A stretch of DNA of 64,000 nucleotides, taken from contig JACVZW010000071.1 of assembly GCA_014654775.1 (NCBI GenBank), forward strand, positions 58,465 to 122,464. Direction: 5' to 3'. Under the pieces are notes generated by a model that searched no databases, was not told the DNA's origin, and saw only the letters and a program-made list of their open reading frames with translations. Every line of letters starts with the position of its first letter. Position 1 is the stretch's first letter. Origin of the DNA: Paracoccaceae bacterium. GTDB lineage: Bacteria; Pseudomonadota; Alphaproteobacteria; Rhodobacterales; Rhodobacteraceae. Shown piece after piece: positions 62,796 through 64,000 of the stretch. The translations under genes were made by a program, and so were the position numbers.

Positions 62796-64000
62796 TACGA
62801 ACACCCGCTCGTGCCGCCGCAGGTGTTGCACTTCATGCAGGTGCCATTGCGCACCAGCGTGTAGTTGCCGCATTCACCACAGGGATCACCCTCATAGCCC
62901 TGCATCTTGGCCTTGGTCCGGGCATCCATGCTGACGGTCCCGGTGGCCAGCGCGGTGGATGTCGCCACTTCGGGCATCATCGCGCTGATCGCGGCCAAGC
63001 CATCCGTCCCGGTCGACAGCGCGGTCGCCCCCATGCCGCCCTGGAACACGACCAGTTCCTGCGGCAGGCGCTTCCTCAGATAGCCGGTCGACGATATCGA
63101 CTTCAGCAGTTCAACCGATTTCGACGCCGCCGACTCGCTCACTTCCCCGAAGTTGCGCTTGCCCTCGTCATCGCCACGGCCGAGGTCGTCAAAGGCCGCG
63201 CCGGTGGGCTTCACATGTGCAAGATCGGTGCGGTCGAGGTAGGAGATCGCCAGTTCGCGGAAGATGTAGTCAAGGATCGAGGTCGCGTTCTTGATCGAGT
63301 CGTTGCCCTGCACCATCCCCGCCGGTTCGAACCGCGTGAAGGTGAAGGCCTCCACGAACTCCTCCAGCGGCACGCCGTATTGCAGGCCCACCGACACCGC
63401 GATGGCGAAGTTGTTCATCATCGCACGGAAGCCAGCGCCTTCCTTATGCATGTCGATGAAGATCTCGCCCAGACGTCCGTCGCCATATTCCCCGGTGCGC
63501 AGATAGACCTTATGGCCCCCCACGATCGCCTTCTGGGTATAGCCTTTGCGACGCTCCGGCAGCTTTTCGCGATGGGTGCGGATGATCTCCTTCACCACGA
63601 TCTTCTCGACGATCTTCTCGGCCAGAACGGCAGCCTTTTCTTGCGCCGATCCGGTGGCGAGGATTTCCTCGGCCTCCTCGTCATCCTCGACCAGCGCGGC
63701 GGCGAGGGGCTGCGAGAGCTTCGATCCGTCCCGGTACAGGGCATTGGCCTTGATCCCCAGCGACCAAGACAGCTCATAAGCCGCCAGCGTTTCCGCGATC
63801 GTGGCCGAGTTGGGCATGTTGATCGTCTTGGAAATCGCGCCCGAGATGAAGGACTGCGCCGCCGCCATCATATGGATATGGCTTTCCACCGACAGGAACC
63901 GCTTGCCCTTCTTGCCGCAGGGATTGGCGCAGTCGAAGACCGGGTAATGCTCCGTCTTCAGGAAGGGCGCGCCTTCCAGCGTCATCGTCCCGCAGACATG
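62795..64000 (-). CDS. nrdJ: Class II (adenosylcobalamin-dependent) ribonucleotide reductase, C-terminal part (gene continues beyond the right edge)
   Basis: ...[15 protein letters not shown]..., [35 protein letters not shown] and the Cys-rich tail [31 protein letters not shown]. Confidence 0.95.
   Translation of the reverse strand, partial: HVCGTMTLEGAPFLKTEHYPVFDCANPCGKKGKRFLSVESHIHMMAAAQSFISGAISKTINMPNSATIAETLAAYELSWSLGIKANALYRDGSKLSQPLAAALVEDDEEAEEILATGSAQEKAAVLAEKIVEKIVVKEIIRTHREKLPERRKGYTQKAIVGGHKVYLRTGEYGDGRLGEIFIDMHKEGAGFRAMMNNFAIAVSVGLQYGVPLEEFVEAFTFTRFEPAGMVQGNDSIKNATSILDYIFRELAISYLDRTDLAHVKPTGAAFDDLGRGDDEGKRNFGEVSESAASKSVELLKSISSTGYLRKRLPQELVVFQGGMGATALSTGTDGLAAISAMMPEVATSTALATGTVSMDARTKAKMQGYEGDPCGECGNYTLVRNGTCMKCNTCGGTSGCS
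62802..62846. repeat. Direct repeat, right copy (inside the functional nrdJ 3' end)
   Basis: See the left copy at 62197-62241. Confidence 0.9.

Larger units (their letters stand above)
62242..62846 (-). mobile_element. Putative 605-bp inserted gene cassette (ImmA/IrrE-like gene plus replacement nrdJ 3' end)
   Basis: Interval between equivalent points of the direct repeats. About 53% G+C by hand count over 62281-62760, against about 70% in the sampled adjacent nrdJ. No recombinase gene. Confidence 0.55.

Overview
High-G+C alphaproteobacterial chromosome segment. The gene content looks Rhodobacterales-like: helABCDX-type ccm cluster, glnBA, soxBDAG, dddP and a GTA-type head module.

Most of the window is core housekeeping:
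- fabD-fabG-acpP / fabF-mltG
- rpsF-rpsR-rplI, tig, tRNA-Leu, nnr
- glnB-glnA, purB, acnA
- ccmABCDG plus ccmI, yajC-secD-secF
- serS, der, a bamB-like gene, an Atm1-like ABC exporter, sodB
- sarcosine oxidase soxBDAG, ruvX and the 3' part of nrdJ

The left edge holds the first two genes of an RcGTA-like cluster: a small g1-like ORF and the terminase large subunit, which I translated by hand because it runs off the window.

The accessory or unusual content is small but distinct:
1. A 605-bp low-G+C one-gene cassette encoding an ImmA/IrrE-type metallopeptidase sits in the 3' end of nrdJ. It is bounded by a 45-bp direct repeat that duplicates the nrdJ C-terminal codons.
2. An orphan beta-class DNA methyltransferase is fused to a PD-(D/E)xK nuclease-like domain, and its central region has clearly lower G+C.
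3. There are three families of intergenic repeats, including a two-copy element built from 12-bp-periodic CTGTGCC heptamers.
4. A CcsR/cuckoo-like sRNA candidate carries CCUCCUCCUCCC in a hairpin loop.
5. A near-consensus sigma-54 promoter lies in front of a soluble chemoreceptor with its signalling domain at the N-terminus.
6. An orphan FliG-like gene lies next to purB.
7. A frameshifted GNAT gene and repeat DNA interrupt the fab cluster.

No CRISPR array, rRNA, transposase or integrase was seen.

Start codons were chosen by eye from homology-like N-termini and Shine-Dalgarno spacing. Family assignments come from motif recognition, not database searches. Many long ORFs in the track are wrong-frame artefacts of the high G+C.
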